64,000 nucleotides of DNA, taken from the NCBI GenBank assembly GCA_963674705.1, contig OY771506.1:3616001-3680000 (forward strand). The letters run 5' to 3'. Source of the DNA: Phycisphaeraceae bacterium (GTDB lineage: Bacteria > Planctomycetota > Phycisphaerae > Phycisphaerales > Phycisphaeraceae). Below are positions 37,606 through 47,495 of this stretch, piece by piece. The notes under the pieces were generated by a model that was given only the letters and a program-made list of their open reading frames with translations, was not told where the DNA came from and did no database searches. The stretch's first letter is position 1. Each line of letters opens with the position of its first letter. The position numbers were made by a program, and so were the translations under genes.

Positions 37606-40098
37606 TTGAGCAAGAAGACAACGAAAAAGAAGTCCGTAGCAAAACGTTCACGTAAGAAGTCTCCAGCAGTAGGGGATACCGGGGATTCCGGAGGTCCCAA
37701 GCAAATCGGGGCAACTGTTACGCTAGATTCATCGAACCTGATCCCGGATAACAGCCGCGCCGCCATCCCTGAAGTCCTGCCGGTCCTGCCCGTGCGCGGC
37801 AGCGTCATGTTCCCCGGCACGATCGTGCCGCTGGGTGTCGGCCGCCCGTCCAGCAGAAAAATGCTCGATGAGTCGCTGCCCAAGTCTAAGATCATCGCGC
37901 TGTTCAGTCAGAAGGATGAAGAGGTCGAAAACCCGACCATCGACGACCTGCATCACGTCGGCACCGCCGCGATGGTCCTCAAACTAATCCGCCAGACCGA
38001 CGATACCGTTTCCGTCATCGTCCACGGCATCGGGCGCATCACACTCGATGAAGTCGTGCAGTCCAAGCCTTACTTCAAAGCCCGTGTCAGCGGGCCGACC
38101 GAAAAGCCCGGTTCGGGTAAGAAGTTTGAGGCAGAAGTCAGCCAACTGCGCGACCAGGCACACAACCTGATCGAGCTGTCTCCCAACGCTCCCGAGCAGG
38201 CGTTGACGGTCATGATGAATATCGAAGACCCCGGAGCGCTTGCCGACTTCCTCGGCGCGAACCTGGCGCTCGATGTCGAACAGAAGCAGGACCTGCTCGA
38301 AGAATACAACGTCGCCAAGCGCGTCCGCATGGTCCACGTACACCTGTCAAGCCAACTGGAAATCCTCAAGCTCCAGGAAAAGATCCAGCAGGATGTGCAG
38401 TCTTCCATCGGCGACACGCAACGCAGGTTCTACCTCCGCGAGCAGATCAAGGCGATCCAGAAGGAACTCGGCGAAGACGACTCCGGCATCGACCAGACCG
38501 TCGAGAAACTCGCCGAACGTCTGGAAGACGCCGACCCGCCCGAAAAGGTGATGGCCGAAGCGCAGCGCGAACTCGACCGCCTGCGTTCCATCCCGCCTGC
38601 CAGCCCCGAGTATTCGGTCATCATGACCTACCTCGAGCTGATCGCCGACCTGCCATGGGTTAAAGCCAGCGAGGACAACCTCGACCTCGACCGCGCACGA
38701 AAGATCCTCGACCGCGACCACTTCGACCTCGACAAGGTCAAGCGGCGCCTGATCGAGTATCTCGCGGTTCGCAAACTCAATCCGGAAGGGCGGGGGCCCA
38801 TCCTCTGCCTCGTCGGCCCGCCCGGCGTCGGCAAGACAAGCCTCGGCCAGTCCATCGCCGACAGTCTCGGTAGAGAGTTCTCACGCATCAGCCTCGGCGG
38901 TATACGCGATGAAGCGGAAGTGCGCGGCCACCGGCGAACCTACATCGGCGCCATGCCGGGACGCATCATCCAGGAACTGCGCCGCGCAGGTACGAACAAT
39001 CCTGTCATGATGCTCGACGAGGTCGACAAACTCGGTGCAGATGTACGCGGCGATCCATCCAGCGCACTACTGGAAGTACTCGACCCACGACAGAACCACG
39101 CTTTTGTCGATCGGTATCTCGATGTGCCTTTCGACCTGTCGCAGGTCATCTTCATTGCGACCGCGAACTACATCGGCAACGTCCCGCCGGCGCTACGCGA
39201 CCGCATGGAAATCATCGAGATCCCCGGCTACACCGACAACGATAAACTCATCATCGCACGCAAATACCTCGTGCCCCGCCAGCTTGAAGAGAACGGCCTG
39301 ACACGCACGAAGTGCAAATGGCTCGCCTCGGGTATCAAGAAGGTGATCGAAAGCTACACACGTGAAGCAGGTGTTCGCGAACTGGAGCGGCAGATCGGTT
39401 CTGTCTGCCGCGGTGTGGCCGCACAGGTCGCCGGCGCTGACAACGGCCGCAAACGCCGCAAAGCCGCGACCGTCGATGACAAGTTTGTACGCGAGATACT
39501 CGGCGCTGAAAAATACGTGCGCGACCTCGATACACGCACGACCACGCCCGGCGTCGCGCTCGGCCTGGCATATACCCCCGTCGGTGGCGAGGTCCTTTTC
39601 ATCGAAGCCACCCAATACCCCGGCAAGGGCAACGTCACACTCACCGGCCAGATCGGCGACGTCATGAAAGAATCCGCCAGCGCCGCGTTATCGCTATTCA
39701 AGAGTAGAGCCGAATCGCTGGGCTACGATGTGAAGAAACTCGCAGAACACGACCTGCACATACACGTTCCCGCCGGCGCTGTGCCCAAGGACGGTCCGAG
39801 CGCAGGCACAGCGATGTTCACCGCCATCAGTTCGCTATTGCTCAACCGCCCGGTGACCAAGAACCTCGCCATGACGGGCGAGATCACCCTCCGCGGTAAG
39901 GTCCTGCCCATCGGCGGCGTCAAGGAAAAAACCCTCGCCGCCGCACGTGCCGGTGTCAAGACCATCCTCCTGCCAAAACAAAACGAGCCGGACATGGAAG
40001 AGATCGACGCACAGGTTAAGAAAAAATGCAAGTTCCACTTCGTCGAAACCGTCGACGATGTCCTCAAACACGCGCTAACGAAGAAAATGAAGAAGTAA
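37606..40098 (+). CDS. lon: ATP-dependent Lon protease
   Basis: GPPGVGKTS, GHRRTYIGAMPG, LDEVDK, PKDGPSAG and PIGGVKEK motifs. Confidence 0.97.
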   Translation: MSKKTTKKKSVAKRSRKKSPAVGDTGDSGGPKQIGATVTLDSSNLIPDNSRAAIPEVLPVLPVRGSVMFPGTIVPLGVGRPSSRKMLDESLPKSKIIALFSQKDEEVENPTIDDLHHVGTAAMVLKLIRQTDDTVSVIVHGIGRITLDEVVQSKPYFKARVSGPTEKPGSGKKFEAEVSQLRDQAHNLIELSPNAPEQALTVMMNIEDPGALADFLGANLALDVEQKQDLLEEYNVAKRVRMVHVHLSSQLEILKLQEKIQQDVQSSIGDTQRRFYLREQIKAIQKELGEDDSGIDQTVEKLAERLEDADPPEKVMAEAQRELDRLRSIPPASPEYSVIMTYLELIADLPWVKASEDNLDLDRARKILDRDHFDLDKVKRRLIEYLAVRKLNPEGRGPILCLVGPPGVGKTSLGQSIADSLGREFSRISLGGIRDEAEVRGHRRTYIGAMPGRIIQELRRAGTNNPVMMLDEVDKLGADVRGDPSSALLEVLDPRQNHAFVDRYLDVPFDLSQVIFIATANYIGNVPPALRDRMEIIEIPGYTDNDKLIIARKYLVPRQLEENGLTRTKCKWLASGIKKVIESYTREAGVRELERQIGSVCRGVAAQVAGADNGRKRRKAATVDDKFVREILGAEKYVRDLDTRTTTPGVALGLAYTPVGGEVLFIEATQYPGKGNVTLTGQIGDVMKESASAALSLFKSRAESLGYDVKKLAEHDLHIHVPAGAVPKDGPSAGTAMFTAISSLLLNRPVTKNLAMTGEITLRGKVLPIGGVKEKTLAAARAGVKTILLPKQNEPDMEEIDAQVKKKCKFHFVETVDDVLKHALTKKMKK

Positions 40099-40267
40099 CC
40101 ACAGAGATCACAAAGAGAACAAAGAAGATTAGCAGGGATGGACACGGATAAACACAGATGAAGATGTTATGAATTTCAATTTGTATAACCATAAATTCTT
40201 ATCCGTGTTCATCTGTGTCCATCCCTTTTACAACCTCTTCTCCGTGATCTCTGTGTACTCTGTGGTT
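40097..40267. repeat. Nested inverted repeats built from roughly 9-nt units
   Basis: Outer pair AACCACAGAGATCACAAAGAG / CTCCGTGATCTCTGTGTACTCTGTGGTT; inner pair GGGATGGACACGGATAAACACAGAT (40135-40159) / ATCCGTGTTCATCTGTGTCCATCCC (40201-40225). Confidence 0.8.
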
Positions 40268-40286
40268 CATCAAGCAAGGATGTGAA

Positions 40287-40826
40287 ATGAAACTCTACAC
40301 CCGACGCGGCGACAACGGCGAAACCGACCTGCTTACCGGCAACCGCACGCCCAAGGCCGATCCACGCGTCCACGCCATAGGTGAAGTCGACGAAACCAAC
40401 GCCGTCATCGGCCTCGCGCTGTGCGCCTGCGAGCCGGGTGAACTCAACGACATCCTCACCGAAGCTCAGTCCCGCCTGTTCGATCTTGGCGCAGACCTCG
40501 CCTCCGCTAATTCCGGGATTTCTCACCGCATTACGCAGTCGCAGATCGACGTGATCGAAAAACACATCGACAACATCTGCGCAAAACTGCCCGAGATGAA
40601 ACACTTCATCCTCCCCGGCGGCACCGAACTCGCCGCTCGTCTGCACCTCGCCCGCACCACCTGCCGTCGCGCCGAACGCGCCTGCGTCGCCATCAAGGAA
40701 CCCAACCCCAACACGCACGACGCCATCGTCTACTTAAACCGCCTCAGCGATCTGCTCTTCGCCCTCGCAAGACTCGCCAACCAGCAAGCTAACGTCAAAG
40801 ACATCCCATGGACCGGCACGCAATAA
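40287..40826 (+). CDS. ATP:cob(I)alamin adenosyltransferase, PduO type
   Basis: KLYTRRGDNGET, GEVDETN, FILPGG, ARTTCRRAER and YLNRLSDLLF motifs. Confidence 0.93.
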   Translation: MKLYTRRGDNGETDLLTGNRTPKADPRVHAIGEVDETNAVIGLALCACEPGELNDILTEAQSRLFDLGADLASANSGISHRITQSQIDVIEKHIDNICAKLPEMKHFILPGGTELAARLHLARTTCRRAERACVAIKEPNPNTHDAIVYLNRLSDLLFALARLANQQANVKDIPWTGTQ

Positions 40827-40847
40827 CTTGACTCAATACTTGAACCC

Positions 40848-40945
40848 CCCAGGCGAGCACGCTTCACCACGCGGACCTACCCATCTCCAGGCGAGCGTGC
40901 TTCAGCATGCGGCCCACCCACACACCGCAACAAGCCGTGCTTCAC
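40848..40945 (+). repeat. Tandem REP-like units (GGCGAG..GCTTCA.CA)
   Basis: CCAGGCGAGCACGCTTCACCACGCGG and CCAGGCGAGCGTGCTTCAGCATGCGG; related copies near 32178-32205 and 42685-42720. Confidence 0.6.
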
Positions 40946-41577
40946 CAATGTGAAACGTAGTACCAGTTAGTGTCGTACTTGACCAGTTCAGTGCTGTCCG
41001 ACTCACTCAAATCGTAGAACAACTTCGGATCACCATTCTCTGGGACATAGAGGAAGCCTGCATAATTGTCGAGGATACCCCGGAAGGTAAAAAAGAGAAT
41101 GTAAGTATCCCCCTCATGTTTCTCGACAATGACTTCGTTCCCTCCCATGGAGACTGCCGGAGTATCCAGCCCGAGTTTGACAAGGCTGTGTGAACTTGAC
41201 TTATCCGGTTGAAGTGTACCGGTGAGGATATCCTGCACGATCTGTTCTCTTACCGTTCTATGGCTCGAGAAGTTATACATCAGCCATAGCGATGTAAATG
41301 GAATGGTTGTCACCGCAACAATAGCGGTCACACATATCAGTAGTGGGATCACATCTCGCCACTTTGCATTACGTCTGAATACGACGTAAAGAATCGACCA
41401 CACCATCGCAGACAGAAATACAAGCCCCACCAGGGCCTGAAGCAATAAAAGAGGATATAAGCCAATAAGGTCTACTAGAGTCCAACGAAGTGCGGTCAAT
41501 AGCAACACCGCCACGGACGACAGGGTAGCGGTCCACAAAACATCGGGTCTTAATTTACCAGCGTCTTCTTCACTCAT
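40942..41577 (-). CDS. Hypothetical membrane protein (3 TM helices + soluble domain)
   Basis: 211-aa ORF, visibly lower GC than its neighbours; contains FFTFRGILDNYAGF. Confidence 0.7.
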   Translation of the reverse strand: MSEEDAGKLRPDVLWTATLSSVAVLLLTALRWTLVDLIGLYPLLLLQALVGLVFLSAMVWSILYVVFRRNAKWRDVIPLLICVTAIVAVTTIPFTSLWLMYNFSSHRTVREQIVQDILTGTLQPDKSSSHSLVKLGLDTPAVSMGGNEVIVEKHEGDTYILFFTFRGILDNYAGFLYVPENGDPKLFYDLSESDSTELVKYDTNWYYVSHW

Positions 41578-41691
41578 GTTGCCTGCCTGCTTGATCGGCA
41601 GAAAGGCGGTAGAAACTCAAACGTAACACGTTTAAGAAAGAGCCGATGCCTTTGTCATGTTCTGTACAAGCAGGGGATAACACCGAGGGAT

Positions 41692-42531
41692 TTACGAAAG
41701 CAACTCCATCAGCTTCTCCTGAGAATGCGCCAAAATGTTCAGCGACTTGAACAGGGTTTTCTCATAAATCGTCTCGCGATTGAGTTTGGTCATCTCCATC
41801 GCAAAATCCGTGTCCGCGATCTCCGAACGAGCCGCTGCAAGATTCTCGATCGCGATGCTGCTTGCATTTTTCAGTGAATCGATCGAGTTTGATTCAAACG
41901 CCCCGATCTTCCCACGCAGCGTCGAGATATCGTTGATGGCTTTATCCAGGATTTGGGTGGACGATAACGGGATGTCCGCCGCCGCACCCTTGGACGCGGT
42001 GTCATCCAGGTAGTACGTCGTCCCGTCGATATCCGTGGCCCCCAAACTGCTTGAGGATAAATCCGGCAGGTCGAGCGTCTCGCCGCCGGCAGATAGCGTG
42101 ATCGAACCATCGAATAACGCCTGGCCGTTGAACCGGGCGTTGGCGGTGATCCGGTCGATCGACTGGATATTCGCATCGATCTGCTGCTGGATCGCCGCCC
42201 GCTCATCAGCACTCATGGCCCCGGTGTTGGCAAGCTGAGTCTTAAGCCCCTGGTTTTCACGCAGCCGCGCCGACACCTCATCCAATGACGCCTCGGCCGC
42301 GGCGGCAATATAATGATTACGCTGATACGCCCGGCTCTCCGCTTCGAGTTCCGCCAGCGCCGCATCGAGCTGGGTCGAAATGATCAGTCCAGCCGGATCG
42401 TCCGCACCACGATTAATCGACCGCCCGGTCGACAACCGAGCCAACGACTCGTTCAATCGGGCCTGATTAGCCTGGAACCGATGCAGAGTATGCATCATCC
42501 CGCTGTTGATGTTATTGGTAAATCCCGCCAC
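41692..42531 (-). CDS. Flagellin-family protein (short, divergent)
   Basis: RLSTGRSINRGADDPAGL, ARFNGQALFDG, RGKIGAF and AARSEIADTDFAMEM motifs; GTG start at 42531 inferred. Confidence 0.88.
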   Translation of the reverse strand: MAGFTNNINSGMMHTLHRFQANQARLNESLARLSTGRSINRGADDPAGLIISTQLDAALAELEAESRAYQRNHYIAAAAEASLDEVSARLRENQGLKTQLANTGAMSADERAAIQQQIDANIQSIDRITANARFNGQALFDGSITLSAGGETLDLPDLSSSSLGATDIDGTTYYLDDTASKGAAADIPLSSTQILDKAINDISTLRGKIGAFESNSIDSLKNASSIAIENLAAARSEIADTDFAMEMTKLNRETIYEKTLFKSLNILAHSQEKLMELLS

Positions 42532-42739
42532 AAGGCATCCCTTTTTGGAGACACGTTCGTCACGGCAATTGACCGATACATCCGCCCGCCGGGCCAATTC
42601 AGCCCGAGAATATCCCCGCTTTTGATCCCGAAAAACCCCCGACCCGGCATAACCCGACCAGCTTAACAACCAGCCCAAATATCCCCCCAGCGGCAAGGCG
42701 TGCTTCAGCACGCCGGCCCACACTTGCTCAATGCTACAT

Positions 42740-44626
42740 CTACTTCCGCCGCATCACCCAGGGGATTCCAACCAACATCACCAACCCCACCCCCGGCTCC
42801 GGGATCACATCCGCCACCGGTGGCGTACCCGAGTTCCAATTATTAAGCACCGCATCCAGATCATCCAAACCGACGAATCCGTCACCGCTGTAATCGCCGG
42901 CCAAGGCATCACCATAAGCAACATCCTGGTTCCAATGATCCAACACGATATCAAGGTCATCCAGCCCGACGTAGCCATCGCTGTTCAGGTCGCCGGGGAT
43001 GCTGACCGAAGCCAGAAAGATGCCTTCAGTGCCGTCTGTAAATGTAAGGTGAAATACAATCTGGCCGTTATCGTTGAATGCCCTGGGCAATCCAGTATTA
43101 TCTCCGGCATTATTCCGCCGCCCTGTTTCAGGATCGGTTTCTTGGCCCACTAATTCGATTTCACTGACGGTACGCAGGTCTTCGATGAGGGGATCGTCGT
43201 TGACATCAAATAACATGCCGGTCGCTGTGATCAATTGCGGCAGGCCATTCCGGTCAGTTACGAAGAGACCGGTATCTTCACCTATCGTAAAGTCCACTCC
43301 GTCTAAACTTGAAACAAAAGCAACCTGACCCGCCCCGTTCAAATAGAACTGCCTCATGTAATGCAGCGAACCCTCCTCGACACCCGGAATTCTACGGCTG
43401 GTCTGAATAATAGGTATCAACTCGCCGTGGTCTTCGATCCAAATCCCAACATAACTATAATCAACTTGCGGGTCATAGAAGGAGCATTTAAATGCAATCT
43501 GACCAGCCTGGTTGATGACCGGATTGCCGATAATGCGTACCAGTTCTACGTCCCGCACAAGACCAGGCAGAATGTCTCCGGGCTCCGCGACCAAACGTGT
43601 CGAGCCATTTTCGTATTGCCACATCGCCTCATAAGGAGAGGATTGATCGTATTCCGATGTAAATACAACGCTGCCCGTTGAATTGATGGCTACATCTCTG
43701 AAGTAGGCGAATACTCCACCCGCATCTAGGCCGGGTGCGGGATCACCTTGGCGTGCGATCAGTTTCAGTGACGAAGGCTGGCCCGCCCACAAACCAAATG
43801 TGTAGCCTGACAAACTATCCGGATCTGACATCGAAGCACGGATGATTACTTGTCCGGAATCACCAATCTGCACATGACTGAAAACAAGAATGGTTGACCC
43901 ATCTGATGTATCCGGCGCATCCTGGCCTCTTCGTAGTACTGTTTGCAGGGAACTGCCGTCATAGATCGATATGGCCCAATCGTTTGTCGTGTCAATACCC
44001 GTGCCCGACACTTGGTACTGAACTAGTGTTTGACCCGAGTTCGTAAACAGGGGTGCGTAGATTTTCTCAACAACGACATCCGAACCGAATTCGGGTACAA
44101 GATCACCATCGCGAATCACTTTATCCAACCCATCGGCCCCGGTTGTCAAGATCGCTTGATCGTTTGTTCCAACGATACTCGTACCGTAATAAAGTGCCCC
44201 GAACGAAATACTTCCTTGATCATTCAAAACCAGATTGTAGCTGCGCCACCGGGAATCAGCGGGTGAGAAGTTATTGCCACCAGATATACTCAAATAGACA
44301 TCCGATCCTTCACCTGGGACTTCGCTATAGAAGTTGGCGATCATTTCAGGCGACTCAATGTCACCCGCCCACAGGCTGTTCGTCTGGTTCCACGAGGATG
44401 TCGAAATAACATAGGCCACCTCGCCGGCATTATTGATCACCGGCAGACTCACGCCCAAGACCGTCGTGTACGGCCCGATTTCAGGCACTGGATAACCAAC
44501 CATCGAAATCGTCTGATAGCTCACGGCCGCTCCGCATGGTTGCGTTGTGGCAACATTGACCAACAGAACCAGCGAAAGAATGATACAAGTGACGCTATGA
44601 ATCCGGATTCTAAATACCGCTGACAT
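42740..44626 (-). CDS. Secreted NxxGxxAF-repeat protein with a dockerin-like pair and PEP-CTERM
   Basis: Repeats INNAGEVAY, LNDQGSISF, INQAGQIAF, LNGAGQVAF and FNDNGQIVF; GDLNSDGYVGLDDLD-type motif twice; IPEP + TM + RRK. Confidence 0.85.
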   Translation of the reverse strand: MSAVFRIRIHSVTCIILSLVLLVNVATTQPCGAAVSYQTISMVGYPVPEIGPYTTVLGVSLPVINNAGEVAYVISTSSWNQTNSLWAGDIESPEMIANFYSEVPGEGSDVYLSISGGNNFSPADSRWRSYNLVLNDQGSISFGALYYGTSIVGTNDQAILTTGADGLDKVIRDGDLVPEFGSDVVVEKIYAPLFTNSGQTLVQYQVSGTGIDTTNDWAISIYDGSSLQTVLRRGQDAPDTSDGSTILVFSHVQIGDSGQVIIRASMSDPDSLSGYTFGLWAGQPSSLKLIARQGDPAPGLDAGGVFAYFRDVAINSTGSVVFTSEYDQSSPYEAMWQYENGSTRLVAEPGDILPGLVRDVELVRIIGNPVINQAGQIAFKCSFYDPQVDYSYVGIWIEDHGELIPIIQTSRRIPGVEEGSLHYMRQFYLNGAGQVAFVSSLDGVDFTIGEDTGLFVTDRNGLPQLITATGMLFDVNDDPLIEDLRTVSEIELVGQETDPETGRRNNAGDNTGLPRAFNDNGQIVFHLTFTDGTEGIFLASVSIPGDLNSDGYVGLDDLDIVLDHWNQDVAYGDALAGDYSGDGFVGLDDLDAVLNNWNSGTPPVADVIPEPGVGLVMLVGIPWVMRRK

Positions 44627-44720
44627 GTTGGTCCTCCCGGGATGACTGAAGTCCCCGCAGATTCAAAATAGAGAAGTTAGTGTGAGGACTATTTTACCTG
44701 CTGTGACATGAAATGCACGC

Positions 44721-45956
44721 TTAATCCGGCAAAGCCTGTGCTAAATCCAGGTAAACCCCGTCCTTCACCACGTCCCCCTCGTCCGGCCGTTTTCGTAATT
44801 CTTTAATCAATTCCCCCAGCTTCCCATGCACCGGCGCGGTGAACGTCATCGGCTCGTTGGTTTCCGGATGCTTCATCCGCAACATCGCCGCGTGCAATGC
44901 CGGCGTGTCCATGAGCATGTCGTCGCGCTGCGCCGCCTCGGCTTCCATGCGCTGACCTTCTTCTTTCGATCTCGCAAAAGTCAGGTGCGGTCTTGCTGCG
45001 GCGGGGTGGGGCGGGGTATCCAGTTCCGGGTATCCCACCGGCTCGCCGCCGTAGATGATGTCGCCGACCAATGGATGACCGATGTATGACATGTGCACAC
45101 GGATCTGATGCGTACGCCCTGTTTTCAATTCAAGCTCAACGAGCGAATACCCCTTATACCTTTCGCGCACACGATACAGCGTCACCGAATCACGGCTCGT
45201 TGAATCATGACGTACCGCCATCGCTTCGCGGATCGTCGGGTGTTTGCCGATCGGCTCATTGATCACACCGCCCGGCGGCTGCGGGCAGCCGTGCACGACC
45301 GCCAGATACACTTTTAAATTCGTGCGATCTTCAAACTGCTTCGCCAGCTTCCAGTGTTGTTCATCCTGCTTGGCGACGATGATGACGCCGGTCGTGTTCT
45401 TATCTAATCGATGGATCACGCCCGGCCGAGCATCTTCTTTGCCGACCTCGCTCAGCGCCGCACGCTCTTGCTCATTCTGCTGAAAGTGATATGCCAGCGC
45501 ATTGAGCAGCGTCCCGTTCAGGTGGCTGCGCGCCGGGTGCACGATCAATCCCGCCTGCTTGTTTACGACGACAAATCCCGGCTCCTCGTGCAGGATCTCA
45601 AGCGGGATCGGCTCCGGCTCAAGGTTCACCGCCGGCCTTGGCGGGATCAATACTTCAACACAATCGCCTTGCTTCAGCTTCGTGCTGGCCTTTGGCTGCT
45701 TGCCATTGACACTCACCCCGCCAAGCGAGATCAAGCGTTGGATCTGGTGTCGGCTGAACCCCTTGATCCGGTTCTGCAGAAACTTATCCAGCCGATGCTG
45801 CGAGTCTTTGCTCAGCGTATAGCTGACGCGCTCGACAGCGTCGTCCTGGAGTTCTTCCGGCAAATCTTGGGATAGCGGATCATCCGGCGCAGCGGGATCG
45901 ACATTCGGTTCCTGCGGCCCGTCTGGTTCGTTGTGTCCGGCTTTACGTTTGGACAT
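44721..45956 (-). CDS. RluA/RluD-family 23S rRNA pseudouridine synthase with S4 domain
   Basis: RLDKFL, NKQAGLIVHP, HRLDKNTTG, TGRTHQIRVH and ALHA motifs. Confidence 0.93.
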   Translation of the reverse strand: MSKRKAGHNEPDGPQEPNVDPAAPDDPLSQDLPEELQDDAVERVSYTLSKDSQHRLDKFLQNRIKGFSRHQIQRLISLGGVSVNGKQPKASTKLKQGDCVEVLIPPRPAVNLEPEPIPLEILHEEPGFVVVNKQAGLIVHPARSHLNGTLLNALAYHFQQNEQERAALSEVGKEDARPGVIHRLDKNTTGVIIVAKQDEQHWKLAKQFEDRTNLKVYLAVVHGCPQPPGGVINEPIGKHPTIREAMAVRHDSTSRDSVTLYRVRERYKGYSLVELELKTGRTHQIRVHMSYIGHPLVGDIIYGGEPVGYPELDTPPHPAAARPHLTFARSKEEGQRMEAEAAQRDDMLMDTPALHAAMLRMKHPETNEPMTFTAPVHGKLGELIKELRKRPDEGDVVKDGVYLDLAQALPD

Positions 45957-46678
45957 CAGCCTGGGTCGGCCGGGGCAAGTGGATCAAGGCCCGGTAGTTC
46001 AACCGGTGCGGTTTCAGGGACCAGCACATCATCAACAGGCGCCGCCGGCATGCTTGGACTGCTGCTTTTAGCGAACACGATCGGCCGGGCTAACTCACCC
46101 AGCATACCTAGACGCACCTTCGCCTGTGAAGCGATGGCTTGCAGTTTCGCATCGGTAGCGATCTTTTCCGCCTGCTCCCAATACGTCTTGGCCGCGTCGA
46201 AGTCGCCGCGTGTCTCCGCAACATTCGCCAGGCCAAGCGCCGCGTTCGCCTTGTAGACCACCGGGGCGTCGGATTCAAGCACCTGCTTGTACATCGACTC
46301 GGCGGCGTCCAGCGATTCTTCCGGCTTCATCATGCCTGAATCGGCGGTGGCGTTCTCAGCTTCGTATTCGATCGCCTGCTTGTGATAAGCCTCGGCGCCG
46401 TATAGCCGCGCCAGGTAGGGGATCGCCGGGTGGCCCGGGTTGTCCTGGGCCCGTTCGCGGTAGCTCTGCGGCGTCGTCGTTGAAGCCAGGTCCGACCAGG
46501 AGACTTCATGCTTGCTCGCGGAGTAGCTCTGGTAATACCGGTAGCCGAACATCGACGCGACAGCCAGCAGGATAACGATCGAAACGCTGTTGCCGTGCTT
46601 GTTCCAGAACGTCCCGAAGTTCTGTAGAAAATCATACAGATCGTTGTCTTTAAGTTCGTGTCTCTCTTTGGCGTCCAT
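45956..46678 (-). CDS. YfgM-like single-TM TPR protein
   Basis: MDAKERHELKDNDL, one TM helix, then TPR-like AALGLANVAETRGDFDAAKTYW. Confidence 0.7.
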   Translation of the reverse strand: MDAKERHELKDNDLYDFLQNFGTFWNKHGNSVSIVILLAVASMFGYRYYQSYSASKHEVSWSDLASTTTPQSYRERAQDNPGHPAIPYLARLYGAEAYHKQAIEYEAENATADSGMMKPEESLDAAESMYKQVLESDAPVVYKANAALGLANVAETRGDFDAAKTYWEQAEKIATDAKLQAIASQAKVRLGMLGELARPIVFAKSSSPSMPAAPVDDVLVPETAPVELPGLDPLAPADPG

Positions 46679-46731
46679 AACTAAGTAGGTCCGTCGTTCT
46701 TTCTTGGTGTGATTGATAATAGCAGGGGGGA

Positions 46732-47205
46732 TCAACGCGGCGTCATGTAGACTTCGATCGTCGCTTTGCCGTGACGTTCGCTGAGCCGGATGCCCAGCGC
46801 CTCGTTGCCCTTGGTGTAATGCAAGCTTGTCGAGCCGTCCTCGAAGGTCTGCCTCTCGACCTTTTGCCAATCAAACAGCGGTAACTGCTGCTGATAGAAC
46901 AGCACGGTCTCCGCCGCGGCAGCCCGGCCCTGGTAGACATGGGTCACCGTCCGCGACACGCCGTCGAACGAACTGCTGCACTGGCTCTTCACCGCTTTGA
47001 ATCCGATGGGCATCGGCACATCCGGAATCGGGGACGGGCTCTGCGCCACCAGTCCCGGTCCGGTGCGGTGCGGCAGATATTCGCCGTCATCCGACCACGA
47101 CACCACCGGCACCTGGAACGGCACCTTCTCGACAGGATCGGTTCGGCAGCCGGCCAGGAACATCGGCGACAGCACGGCTACGAAAGCTAACACTTTTGTT
47201 GTCAT
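46732..47205 (-). CDS. Hypothetical lipoprotein
   Basis: Lipobox LAGC; IPDVPMPIGF. Start is 47205 or 47211. Confidence 0.7.
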   Translation of the reverse strand: MTTKVLAFVAVLSPMFLAGCRTDPVEKVPFQVPVVSWSDDGEYLPHRTGPGLVAQSPSPIPDVPMPIGFKAVKSQCSSSFDGVSRTVTHVYQGRAAAAETVLFYQQQLPLFDWQKVERQTFEDGSTSLHYTKGNEALGIRLSERHGKATIEVYMTPR

Positions 47206-47369
47206 GTCCATAGGGCTTTTCCGTGGGAGTCCAATACAAAGTGTAAGACCCCACTCGCCCGCGGGCAAACTCACCCCATTTTCACACGACACCCATGTCA
47301 GGGATATCTCTTTCACACGCCGAAAAAAAGCCCCCGATGGCATCGCGGGTCTTCCGTATAACGCAGGAA

Positions 47370-47437
47370 GTAGGTCCGGGCCTGCCCGGACATTGCGGAA
47401 TTGATATTTGATTTTGTCCGGGCAGGCCTGGACCTAC
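47370..47437. repeat. GTAG-family REP doublet (REPIN-like)
   Basis: GTAGGTCCGGGCCTGCCCGGACA ... TGTCCGGGCAGGCCTGGACCTAC; a second doublet lies at 49136-49200. Confidence 0.85.
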
Positions 47438-47495
47438 GAATCTTCACCCGTTTTTCGCGGCAGCTTGCTGCCGCATATGCCAACCCGCATAACCA

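Noticed and set aside
42532..42723. N-terminal extension of flagellin, and a sigma-28 promoter
   Set aside because: The extension runs through a repeat and lacks flagellin character; only weak promoter matches were seen.
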